Below the pieces are notes generated by a model that searched no databases, was not told the DNA's origin, and was given only the letters and a program-made list of their open reading frames with translations. 24,000 nucleotides of DNA, taken from Spirochaetaceae bacterium. GTDB lineage: Bacteria > Spirochaetota > Spirochaetia > Treponematales > Breznakiellaceae. This document shows, one piece after another, positions 15,542 through 22,843 of this stretch (its first letter is position 1; each line of letters opens with the position of its first letter). Location: NCBI GenBank assembly GCA_031277165.1, contig JAISLT010000090.1, forward strand, positions 2,431 to 26,430, read 5' to 3'. Both the position numbers and the translations under genes were made by a program.

Positions 15542-16303
15542 ATGTTTCGGATCGAAAGGCAGGAAAAGATCCTCGATTATGTGAACCGGGTCAAAAACGC
15601 CGGCAACCATGAATTGGCCAGAGAATTCGGGGTATCCAACGTGACCATCCGCAGGGATCTGGAGGCCCTTGCCAAAAAGCGGCTGCTCTTTAAAACCCAT
15701 GGCGGAGCGGTTTCGCTGAACAACTCCTTTCTTACCGAAATTCCCTACTCCAGCAAAGAAAAAATCCTTACCGCCGAAAAAAAACGCATCGGCGCCGCCG
15801 CCGCGTCCCTGGTCGGAACCGGCGACATTATTATCCTCGATGCCGGTTCAACCACCCTTGAAGTGGCCAGGCACCTGGCCGGAGGGGATATTACCGTTCT
15901 TACCAATGACATCAAAATCGCCATGGAACTGGCCGGCAAAGCCTCCATCCATGTGATGGTCTGCGGGGGTAAACTTGAAAGTTCCGTGTATACGCTCACC
16001 GGGGGGACCTCCGTTGACTATTTTAAGAAAGTCCATGTCAACAGGACCTTCCTTGGGTGCGACGCCCTTGATATACACTTTGGAATTTCGAACCGGACCT
16101 GCGAAGAGGTCGAGGTCAAACTTGCCATGCTCCATGCCGGCGAAGAGGTCGTTATGGTCACCGATCATACCAAACTCAACACGAAGGTCTTTTTCCATCT
16201 TTGTGCGGTGGAACTTATAGACCGCCTGATCATAGACCAAATTGACGAAAAAACCCTGTCGGCGCTGCAGAAGAAGGGCATAATTGTAACTATCACCGGC
16301 TGA
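15542..16303 (+). CDS. DeoR family transcriptional regulator (SgcR-like)
   Basis: N-terminal HTH region RQEKILDYVNRVKNAGNHELAREFGVSNVTIRRDLEAL, and a C-terminal sugar-phosphate sensor region with IILDAGSTT and FLGCDALD. Confidence 0.9.
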   Translation: MFRIERQEKILDYVNRVKNAGNHELAREFGVSNVTIRRDLEALAKKRLLFKTHGGAVSLNNSFLTEIPYSSKEKILTAEKKRIGAAAASLVGTGDIIILDAGSTTLEVARHLAGGDITVLTNDIKIAMELAGKASIHVMVCGGKLESSVYTLTGGTSVDYFKKVHVNRTFLGCDALDIHFGISNRTCEEVEVKLAMLHAGEEVVMVTDHTKLNTKVFFHLCAVELIDRLIIDQIDEKTLSALQKKGIIVTITG

Positions 16304-16350
16304 TCCGGGTCTGCCCGGAGGCTGCATCCCAAAACTGCGGTTTTTGGGGA
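16304..16350. repeat. GC hairpin TCCGGG-tctg-CCCGGA followed by a copy of the CCCAAAAC...TTTTGGG palindrome
   Basis: The hairpin is at 16304-16319. ATCCCAAAACTGCGGTTTTTGGGGA lies at 16326-16350, directly after the DeoR stop. Confidence 0.7.
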
Positions 16351-16362
16351 ATGTCCCCGTAT

Positions 16363-16391
16363 ATTGACTAATTTTTTCACCCCTGGTACAG
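16363..16391 (+). promoter_or_regulatory. Sigma70-type promoter candidate for the rpsP operon
   Basis: TTGACT (16363-16368), a 17-nt spacer, then TACAGT (16386-16391), about 60 nt upstream of the rpsP ATG. Confidence 0.5.
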
Positions 16392-16450
16392 TAGGGTTCG
16401 ATTATGCCAGTATCCCTTTGCGGCGGCAGATAGACGAGGAGGATTAGTGG

Positions 16451-16702
16451 ATGAGCGCAAGAATTAGGCTCAAGAAATTTGGAACCAAAAAACGGCCCTA
16501 TTACCGCATTGTGGTAATGGACAACCGGGCTCCCCGGGACGGCAAAACCATAGAAGAACTGGGATATTACCATCCCATAGAGGCCGAGGAAAAACAGATT
16601 GTTTTTCAGGCCGACAAGGTTAAAGCCTGGATTCAGAACGGGGCTACGGTAAGCGATACGGTACGGAACATTCTTAATAAGAAAAATTTCTCTTTAAAAT
16701 AG
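16451..16702 (+). CDS. rpsP: 30S ribosomal protein S16
   Basis: MSARIRLKKFGTKKRPYYRIVVMDNRAPRDGKTIEELGYYHP, with a GAGGAGG SD upstream. Confidence 0.97.
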   Translation: MSARIRLKKFGTKKRPYYRIVVMDNRAPRDGKTIEELGYYHPIEAEEKQIVFQADKVKAWIQNGATVSDTVRNILNKKNFSLK

Positions 16703-16736
16703 GACCCCCTCCGTATACCATTTAAGGAGAAATTTG

Positions 16737-16970
16737 ATGGACAAAGAGCTGATAGAATACATGGCCAAGTCTTTGGTGGATGATCCGGCCCAGGTAAGGG
16801 TAAGCGTGGTGGAGGAGGAACAGTCCACAATCCTGGAACTCCGGGTGGCGCCGGAGGATATTGGCAAGGTTATCGGCAAGCACGGCCGTATTGCCAAGGC
16901 CATGCGTACCGTACTCCAGGCGGCTGCCGCTAAAAACGGTAAGCACTCCGTCCTGGAAATACTTGACTGA
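16737..16970 (+). CDS. KH domain RNA-binding protein (YlqC family)
   Basis: LRVAPEDIGKVIGKHGRIAKAMRTVL contains the GxxG KH motif. I prefer ATG 16737 (AAGGAG 7 nt upstream) over TTG 16734. Confidence 0.9.
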   Translation: MDKELIEYMAKSLVDDPAQVRVSVVEEEQSTILELRVAPEDIGKVIGKHGRIAKAMRTVLQAAAAKNGKHSVLEILD

Positions 16971-16977
16971 GGCCTTC

Positions 16978-17493
16978 GTGGCGGCCCTGGTGGGGGCTCC
17001 CTTTGGGCTAAGGGGCTGGGTGAAGCTCCGCAGTTTATCCGGTGAAACGGCGCATATTCTTTCCCTTAAAACGGTTCTTCTTCGCCGGGGGGATACGACC
17101 GCCGAATATGCCCTGGAGGGGGTTTTAGCTTCCCCCCTGGCGGTTAAATTTGCCGGCGTTGGCAGTCCCGAAGCAGCCAGGGTATTGAGGGGGGCGGAAC
17201 TGCTGGTGCCCCGGGAAAATGCGGCGCCGCTGGGTCCGGCGGAATTTTACATAGAGGACCTTCTGGGTTTGGAGGTTTTTGCCCGGTTCCCCCCGGAAAA
17301 GGACAATTCCGGACTTCAGGAGGAACCCATAGGGTCCGTTGCCAATGTGGTGGAGGGCGGGGGAGGCTTCCTGGTGGAGATCCTCCTTCCGTCGGGTAAA
17401 AAAAAACTTGTCCCGTTTCGGGACGAATTTTTTGGTCCCGTCGATCCTGCGGCCGGACGGATGGAACTGCTGGTCCGCTGGGTTTTGGAATAG
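16978..17493 (+). CDS. rimM: 16S rRNA processing protein RimM
   Basis: VGAPFGLRGWVKLRSLSGE ... EFYIEDLLGLEV ... LVPFRDEFFGPVD. The start is ambiguous (TTG 16963 or GTG 16978). The ORF-track start at 16861 overlaps the KH gene and I rejected it. Confidence 0.85.
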   Translation: MAALVGAPFGLRGWVKLRSLSGETAHILSLKTVLLRRGDTTAEYALEGVLASPLAVKFAGVGSPEAARVLRGAELLVPRENAAPLGPAEFYIEDLLGLEVFARFPPEKDNSGLQEEPIGSVANVVEGGGGFLVEILLPSGKKKLVPFRDEFFGPVDPAAGRMELLVRWVLE

Positions 17494-17501
17494 AGTTGGG
17501 G

Positions 17502-17529
17502 CAATCCAAAAACTTCAGTTTTGGGATTG
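17502..17529. repeat. Copy of the CCAAAACTTCAGTTTTGG palindrome in the rimM-trmD spacer
   Basis: CAATCCAAAAACT-tc-AGTTTTGGGATTG: 13-nt arms with one mismatch. Confidence 0.8.
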
Positions 17530-17589
17530 GTTTAGTTGTTTGAAACAGAGTGTCCGGGGGCGTTGGCTCCCGAACAGCGACAGCGAAGG

Positions 17590-17610
17590 GCAAGATGCAG
17601 GGCATCTTGC
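17590..17610 (+). other. Perfect 9-bp hairpin GCAAGATGC-agg-GCATCTTGC
   Basis: Read directly from the sequence. It encloses the in-frame ATG at 17595 of the extended trmD ORF. Confidence 0.7.
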
Positions 17611-17660
17611 AGAACCGGTCCGAACCCCACGGTTTTGGACCCCATAACAGCCGGCGCACC

Positions 17661-18437
17661 GTGAAATTTACCGTCCTAAGCCTTTTTCCGGGGATCATCG
17701 ACGCTTATTTTTCCAATTCCATTATGGCCAAGGCCCTGGGCCGGGGGGTGGTGGAGTACGGATCCATTAATATCCGGGATTTTGCCCTGGACAAGCATAG
17801 AACCTGCGACGACGCCCCCTATGGCGGCGGACCGGGGATGCTTATGCTGGCCGAACCCCTGGGCAGGGCGCTGGAAGCCGCGGGAGCGGTAAAGCGTGCC
17901 GGCGCGGGACAGACAAAGCCCGGCCCCAGGGTGCTGTACCCTTCCCCTTCGGGACGGCCCTTTACCCGGAGCCGGGCCCGGGAACTGGCGGAGGAGCGGG
18001 AACTGATCCTCCTCTGCGGCCGTTACGAGGGCATCGATCAGCGGATCATAGATGCCTATGTGGACGAGGAAGTTTCCGTGGGGGACTATGTGCTTTCTTC
18101 CGGAGAAGTTGCTGCCCTGGTGGTGATAGACACGGTGTACCGCCTGGTGGACCGGGTAATCCGGCCCGAATCTCTGGAAGAAGAGAGTTTTTCCGGGGGA
18201 CTGCTGGAATATCCCCAGTATACACGGCCGGAAATTTTTGATACAATGCAGGTTCCCGGGGTACTTATGACGGGACACCACGAAAATATACGGCGCTGGC
18301 GGCTTAAAAAAAGGGTAGAGAAAACCCTGGCCCTGCGGCCCGAATTAATAGAACAGGGACTGCAGGAAGGGCTCTTTGACGCAGAAACCGTTAAATTGAT
18401 AGAGGAAGGAAAGAATGAACGAGATAAAAGCCATTGA
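17661..18437 (+). CDS. trmD: tRNA (guanine37-N1)-methyltransferase
   Basis: [30 protein letters not shown] and [13 protein letters not shown]. The GTG 17661 start gives the canonical N-terminus, and ATG 17595 is an alternative. Confidence 0.9.
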   Translation: MKFTVLSLFPGIIDAYFSNSIMAKALGRGVVEYGSINIRDFALDKHRTCDDAPYGGGPGMLMLAEPLGRALEAAGAVKRAGAGQTKPGPRVLYPSPSGRPFTRSRARELAEERELILLCGRYEGIDQRIIDAYVDEEVSVGDYVLSSGEVAALVVIDTVYRLVDRVIRPESLEEESFSGGLLEYPQYTRPEIFDTMQVPGVLMTGHHENIRRWRLKKRVEKTLALRPELIEQGLQEGLFDAETVKLIEEGKNERDKSH

Positions 18438-18819
18438 AGCTTCCCAAATGAAGGAACAACCGGATAGTTTTAAAGTCGGGGATACGGTTAAGGTCCACTT
18501 TAAAATTGTGGAGGGAAAAACCGAACGTATCCAGGTTTATGAGGGGCTGGTAATTGCCATGAAAAATTCCGGAATCGGCAAAACCTTTACGGTGCGAAAA
18601 AATTCCTACGGCGTCGGCGTCGAGCGGGTGTTTCCCTTCCACTCCCCCCGGGTTGCCAGGGTAGAACTGGTCCGGCCCGGCAGGGTTAGGCGGGCTAAAC
18701 TGTACTATATCCGGGGTAAGATCGGTAAGGCCGCCAAGATTAAAGAACTAATCGTCAAGAAAAATGCCAAACCCAAGGCCAAACCGGCCCCCGCGCCGGC
18801 CGCCGCAGAAACCCCATAA
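18415..18819 (+). CDS. rplS: 50S ribosomal protein L19 with a Lys/Ala/Pro-rich C-terminal tail
   Basis: [30 protein letters not shown] ... [20 protein letters not shown]. It overlaps the trmD 3' end by 23 nt. Confidence 0.96.
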   Translation: MNEIKAIEASQMKEQPDSFKVGDTVKVHFKIVEGKTERIQVYEGLVIAMKNSGIGKTFTVRKNSYGVGVERVFPFHSPRVARVELVRPGRVRRAKLYYIRGKIGKAAKIKELIVKKNAKPKAKPAPAPAAAETP

Positions 18820-18915
18820 AACGGTTGCTTTTTCCGTGCTGGGGGCCTACTACCCGTCATGCAGTATACCGTAAGCAAAGTCCCGGCAGTTTGCTGCGCT
18901 TCAGCGCAAAACAGC

Positions 18916-18943
18916 ATAAAAATTCATAAAAGTGAGTTTTTAT
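18916..18943. repeat. Second copy of the AT-rich hairpin module (possible rplS operon terminator)
   Basis: ATAAAAATTCAT-aaaa-GTGAGTTTTTAT (two G-U pairs), followed by GCGCAACAGGCTGCTAGG at 18953-18970. Compare 11916-11975. Confidence 0.6.
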
Positions 18944-18972
18944 ACCCCATAAGCGCAACAGGCTGCTAGGCC

Positions 18973-20184
18973 ATGAAAATACCCGGCGGGCCTTCCCTTA
19001 AAGAGGGAGTCCCCGTCAATTCCGGCGCCCTTCAAAGTAGGGCTCCTGTTCCCCGGACAAACGGCGGGGGGCAGTTTTCCGCGGGAAAGGTCCCGGCGGA
19101 TCCTGCCGCCTCCCTCCTGGCGGCCCTTAAGCTTCCCCAGGACAAGCTTTCCCGGACCGCCCTGTCCTTGGCCCGCTTTTTCTCCCTTCCCCTGGAGCCA
19201 AAACTGCTTAATTCGCTGCGAAGGGCCGCCCTGGGTCCCCTTGGACGGGCCGCCGCCCTGGGAACCGCCGCCGCCGCCGGCAAGGGGGTAAAACTCTCTA
19301 ACCGGGCCCTGGCGGAATATGCCGCGGCCATAGAAGGAACAATCCCCGCCGCCAAGACCGTGGAAGGGGCGGGTTCGCAGGAGAACGGCGCTAAGGATAT
19401 AGGGAAGAGGCCGGACCAGGAAAATCCCCCGGACCAGGAACAGGGGGAAGGCGGGGGTGGCTTTTCCTCCGGGGATCATAATGAAGGCCGCCGCAGAAAA
19501 GGTTCCTGCGATGACAAAAGACCGGACGAGGAGGAGGGCGGCGGTCTGCGTCCCCCGACGGAGGAGGAGATCCGGCGCCGGGCCGGGAGGATCCTTAGGG
19601 AAAATCCTCCGTTGGATTTACTTAACAGGATCCCCGGAAAAAACCGCCGCCACTGGGTACTCATTCCCTTTTCGTTTACCGCCGGGGACCGGGAATTTAC
19701 CGTCTCCCTCCGTTTGTCCCTGGGTCAAGCTTCGGGTTTACCCAAGGACCCCGCCAAAACCGCCGCTCCGGAACGTCTATGTGCGGACATTAGGGTATCT
19801 GCCCCGCCGGAAAGTCCCCTTGAAGGGGCCCGGCGCTGGGTTATTGTGCTGGAAAAAACAGGGGCTGCCGGGGGAGCCCCCCCGGAATTCCGGGCGGAAC
19901 TGAGCCTCTTTAAAATTCCGCCCCTTCCACCCCTGCGGGGAAAGCCGGCGGTTGAATCCTCCGGCGAATCGGCAAAACATTCCGGTGGATTGGACGGGGC
20001 TCCCAAGGGAGCGGACGATGCCTTAGGGGGGCTTGTTTTCTCCGGGGCGGAGAAAAAGCGGCTGCAAAAGGAACTGGCCGGGGCCTTAGATTTGCCCTGC
20101 CATAGGGTGACAATTAGGGACGGGACCCCGCTTTTTGAGGATTCCATGGACAGCACCTTGCAGACGGTGGATGAAGAAGTGTAA
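18973..20184 (+). CDS. Low-complexity hypothetical protein, possibly FliK/YlqG-like
   Basis: 403 aa with an Ala/Gly/Pro/Glu-rich centre. The C-terminal third has alternating beta-like segments (FTVSLRLSL, LCADIRVS, RWVIVLEK, FRAELSLF) and ends KKRLQKELAGALDLPCHRVTIRDG, which is reminiscent of hook-length-control C-termini. It sits 1 nt upstream of an FlhB-C-like gene. Confidence 0.45.
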   Translation: MKIPGGPSLKEGVPVNSGALQSRAPVPRTNGGGQFSAGKVPADPAASLLAALKLPQDKLSRTALSLARFFSLPLEPKLLNSLRRAALGPLGRAAALGTAAAAGKGVKLSNRALAEYAAAIEGTIPAAKTVEGAGSQENGAKDIGKRPDQENPPDQEQGEGGGGFSSGDHNEGRRRKGSCDDKRPDEEEGGGLRPPTEEEIRRRAGRILRENPPLDLLNRIPGKNRRHWVLIPFSFTAGDREFTVSLRLSLGQASGLPKDPAKTAAPERLCADIRVSAPPESPLEGARRWVIVLEKTGAAGGAPPEFRAELSLFKIPPLPPLRGKPAVESSGESAKHSGGLDGAPKGADDALGGLVFSGAEKKRLQKELAGALDLPCHRVTIRDGTPLFEDSMDSTLQTVDEEV

Positions 20185-20185
20185 C

Positions 20186-20443
20186 ATGGGAAGAAAACAA
20201 AAAAAGGCCGCCGCCATTTCCTACGCTCCGTCCCAGCCGGCGCCGTTGGTGACAGCCGCCGGCAAAGGCAGGGAAGCGGAACGTATTTTAGCGGCCGCCG
20301 CGGAAGCGGGAATTGAGATCGTGGAGGATCCGGGGCTGGCGGCAATGCTGGAGGCCGTAAAACCGGGGGATTATGTTCCACCCTGGTGCTGGGAGGCGGT
20401 GGCAAAGATACTTGCCTTTGTCTGCTCAAAAGAAGTATCCTAG
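20186..20443 (+). CDS. FlhB C-terminal-domain-like small protein (EscU/YscU/HrcU family, YlqH-like)
   Basis: 85 aa from ATG 20186: KAAAISYAPSQPAPLVTAAGKGREAERILAAAAEAGIEIVEDPGLAAMLEAVKPGDYVPPWCWEAVAKILAFV. This is the pattern of stand-alone FlhB-CTD proteins. Confidence 0.75.
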   Translation: MGRKQKKAAAISYAPSQPAPLVTAAGKGREAERILAAAAEAGIEIVEDPGLAAMLEAVKPGDYVPPWCWEAVAKILAFVCSKEVS

Positions 20444-20457
20444 TTTAAGGAAGGGAT

Positions 20458-21708
20458 ATGAAAAAAATCGAAGTAAAAACCCTTCAGCCGGGAATGGTTT
20501 TTTCTGCTCCGGTCTACATTGAGGGTAATAATCTCCTGGTTCCCGCCGGCATAGCGATCCGTAAAAAGGATATTGATCATCTGGTAAGCTGGGGATATTC
20601 CACCGTATCTACCGAAGGGGACGCGGTCCAGGAAACCCAGCCTCCTCCGGCTCCCCCGGACACTCCGGCTCCCCCGCCGTCCCTTATAGAAGAATTCCAG
20701 GAAATATCCGTCCCTGAACCTGATATTGACGCCCCCGGCCTTTCCGGGGCCGTTAAAAAGAAGGGACCAAGCGTTCTCTCCCTGGTGGAAGTCCAAGAAA
20801 ATAAGGGGGCATACCGCAGTTATATCAGCCTTATACAGCGGCTTGATGGGGTTTTTTCTGCCATAGGATCCGGCGTCTCGGTGGGACCCCGGATGGTGGA
20901 TAACCTTACCGGCAGGCTCCTCCAGGCGGTTAGGGAAGAACGGGATTCCATCATCGGCTTTATCCTGGGGGGAGAAGTGGCCGGTCATGTCCTGGCAAAA
21001 AACTCCGTGAATACCGCCATTTTATCTGCCCTTATTGCCATGGAATTAAAACTTCCCCACCCCAGGGTTATGCAGGTGGTTACCGGAGCCCTGCTCCACG
21101 ATGTGGGGATGCTCCGGCTGCCCAAGGAAATAACCGGTAAATCGGGGGGGCTCTCGGAGGCGGAGGTGCAGCGGATGCAGGCCCATTCCCTCTATACATA
21201 TAAGATTATCACAAAGGAACTGCTGTACCCCGAAGATGTGGGGATTATAGCCCTGCAGCACCATGAACGCTGGGACGGCCAGGGGTATCCCCGCCGTATT
21301 TCCGGCGCCGACATTGATATGGGCGCCCGGATTGTGTCGGTGGCCGATGCATTTGAAGCCATGGTCAGCGAGAAACCCTACCGGAACTCTATGATGGGTT
21401 ACCAGGCCATGAAAAATCTTCTTTCTGACAATTCCCGGCGCTTTGATCCGGATGTGTTAAAGGCCTTTATTAAAACCATGGGTATATATCCCATAGGTTC
21501 CATTATTTTGCTTAACAATGGATCCATAGCCAGGGTAACGGAGGTCCACGGGGATGCCCCCCTGCGGCCCAAAATTCGTATTTTAATCGACGAGTTTGGC
21601 AAAATGTTTAAGCAGGATGAGGGGGATCTTATCGATCTTTTAACCGAAAAGAGTCTTTTTATAGCCAGGGCGCTGGATCCGCGGGAAATAGCTAAAAAAC
21701 GTGAGTAA
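20458..21708 (+). CDS. HD-GYP domain c-di-GMP phosphodiesterase-type protein
   Basis: ALLHDVGMLRLP (HD) and LQHHERWDGQGYPRR (GYP). The N-terminal 200 aa are of unknown type, with a Pro-rich linker. Confidence 0.88.
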   Translation: MKKIEVKTLQPGMVFSAPVYIEGNNLLVPAGIAIRKKDIDHLVSWGYSTVSTEGDAVQETQPPPAPPDTPAPPPSLIEEFQEISVPEPDIDAPGLSGAVKKKGPSVLSLVEVQENKGAYRSYISLIQRLDGVFSAIGSGVSVGPRMVDNLTGRLLQAVREERDSIIGFILGGEVAGHVLAKNSVNTAILSALIAMELKLPHPRVMQVVTGALLHDVGMLRLPKEITGKSGGLSEAEVQRMQAHSLYTYKIITKELLYPEDVGIIALQHHERWDGQGYPRRISGADIDMGARIVSVADAFEAMVSEKPYRNSMMGYQAMKNLLSDNSRRFDPDVLKAFIKTMGIYPIGSIILLNNGSIARVTEVHGDAPLRPKIRILIDEFGKMFKQDEGDLIDLLTEKSLFIARALDPREIAKKRE

Positions 21709-22081
21709 TACCATTCTGCGCCGTCATTCTACGTACTCACGGGGCTTACAGGGGGAATTATCCGCCGCCCGGACCCTGCAAAACAAGGGGATGAAGATAA
21801 TTGCCCGGAACATCCGTTCTCCCTGGGGGGAGGTGGATCTGGTTGCCCTGGACGGAGACGCCCTTGCCTTTGTGGAGGTTAAGAACTGGCCGGCCCATGG
21901 GTTGGAAGATCTGGCCTATGGGATCACCGAAAAAAAGAAACGCCGTATTATCGAAACAGCTAAGTATTTTCTTTCCATCCATCGAGAATATAACTATAGA
22001 TCAATCCGGTTTGACGTTGTTTTTCTTAACGGTGGAAACTCGATCTACCTGGATTCGGCATTTATGGAGTCCCCATGGTAA
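21701..22081 (+). CDS. YraN family (UPF0102) endonuclease-like protein
   Basis: GELSAARTLQNKGMKIIARNIRSPWGEVDLVALDGDALAFVEVKNW. The GTG start overlaps the HD-GYP stop by 8 nt. Confidence 0.85.
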   Translation: MSNTILRRHSTYSRGLQGELSAARTLQNKGMKIIARNIRSPWGEVDLVALDGDALAFVEVKNWPAHGLEDLAYGITEKKKRRIIETAKYFLSIHREYNYRSIRFDVVFLNGGNSIYLDSAFMESPW

Positions 22082-22269
22082 TGGCGGAGGAAGGTGTTTT
22101 TTCCGGAATGGAGCAAAACAAGCCTTTGGATAGTTCCAGAATAGAAATTCTCCGGCGGAAAATAAGCGACAAGGAATATATATTCGAAGCCGTACAACGT
22201 ATTGCCCAGGTACTGAGTACCGAGATAAGCGCCAAAGGAAGGTCCCATGAGCGAAAACGAAGGCAATAA
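22075..22269 (+). CDS. Small hypothetical protein (64 aa), tentative FlgM-like C-terminus
   Basis: GGAG lies 5 nt upstream and the start overlaps the YraN stop. SRIEILRRKISDKEYIFEAVQRIAQVL resembles the FlgM pattern ([25 protein letters not shown] in B. subtilis, from memory), with a 1-residue offset. Confidence 0.5.
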   Translation: MVMAEEGVFSGMEQNKPLDSSRIEILRRKISDKEYIFEAVQRIAQVLSTEISAKGRSHERKRRQ

Positions 22270-22843
22270 CCGCCGCCGCCGCCGGCCCTTTAGAAGGGAA
22301 GGGCGGCCCAAGGAAGATTTTCGCGGCAATGATTCTTCCCGGACAGAAAGGCGCGGTATGGACCCCGCTGTAAATCAAGAGGGAAAGGCCCGGGGCAGTT
22401 CCTGGAGAACCGGCAGCCGGAATCAAGACAAAAGGCCGGGCGGCAGGTCCCGGGAAGAATTCAGATACTACAAAAAGGCGGCCCTTTATGATCGGCCCCG
22501 GTGGGTTCCGCCCCGGCTAAATACCGAGCCCTTGCCCACCCTTGACTGCGGTCTCTGCGGCCGGCCTATTGTGGATATGCACTCGGCTTTGACGGATAAA
22601 CGGACGGGAAAGCCCGTTCACTTTGACTGCGTTATTACGGAACTTATGGAGCAGGAAACCCCGGAACAGGGGGATGTGGTAAGTTATATCGGGGGCGGAC
22701 GTTTTGGGATAGTCCATTTTAACGAACCCGCCGAAAAAAGAGAAAAGGGGGCCTTTACCATTAAAAAGATCCTTGAATGGGAAGACAAAGAAAACAGGGC
22801 GGAATGGCGCGGTTTTATTGCGGACCATTATTCGGTAACATGA
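22247..22843 (+). CDS. Hypothetical protein: Arg-rich disordered N-terminus plus a CxxC...HFDC domain
   Basis: AAGGAAGG SD upstream. The N-terminal 90 aa are R/G/E-rich, followed by LDCGLCGRPIVDMHSALTDKRTGKPVHFDCVITEL and a beta-rich tail. Confidence 0.7.
   Translation: MSENEGNNRRRRRPFRREGRPKEDFRGNDSSRTERRGMDPAVNQEGKARGSSWRTGSRNQDKRPGGRSREEFRYYKKAALYDRPRWVPPRLNTEPLPTLDCGLCGRPIVDMHSALTDKRTGKPVHFDCVITELMEQETPEQGDVVSYIGGGRFGIVHFNEPAEKREKGAFTIKKILEWEDKENRAEWRGFIADHYSVT

Noticed and set aside
16391-16412. tRNA-like T-loop GGTTCGATT in the rpsP leader
   Set aside because: There are no complementary T-stem arms, no acceptor or anticodon arms and no CCA context. It is a chance match.
16861-16977. 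Long rimM start at 16861, overlapping the KH-protein gene by 110 nt
   Set aside because: It overlaps a well-supported gene in another frame. RimM similarity only begins at about 16978.
17550-17660. N-terminal extension of trmD (GTG 17550 or ATG 17595)
   Set aside because: The extension (MSGGVGSRTATAKGK...) has no TrmD-like sequence, and ATG 17595 is buried in a perfect 9-bp hairpin. The canonical N-terminus begins at GTG 17661. It is kept as an alternative only.
18940-20429. Minus-strand ORFs 18940..19479, 19032..19355, 19476..19664, 19725..20429, 19777..19980 and 19910..20113
   Set aside because: They lie antisense to the 403-aa and FlhB-like genes and are G/P/R/S-rich. The plus-strand genes are supported by tight start-stop coupling with their neighbours.
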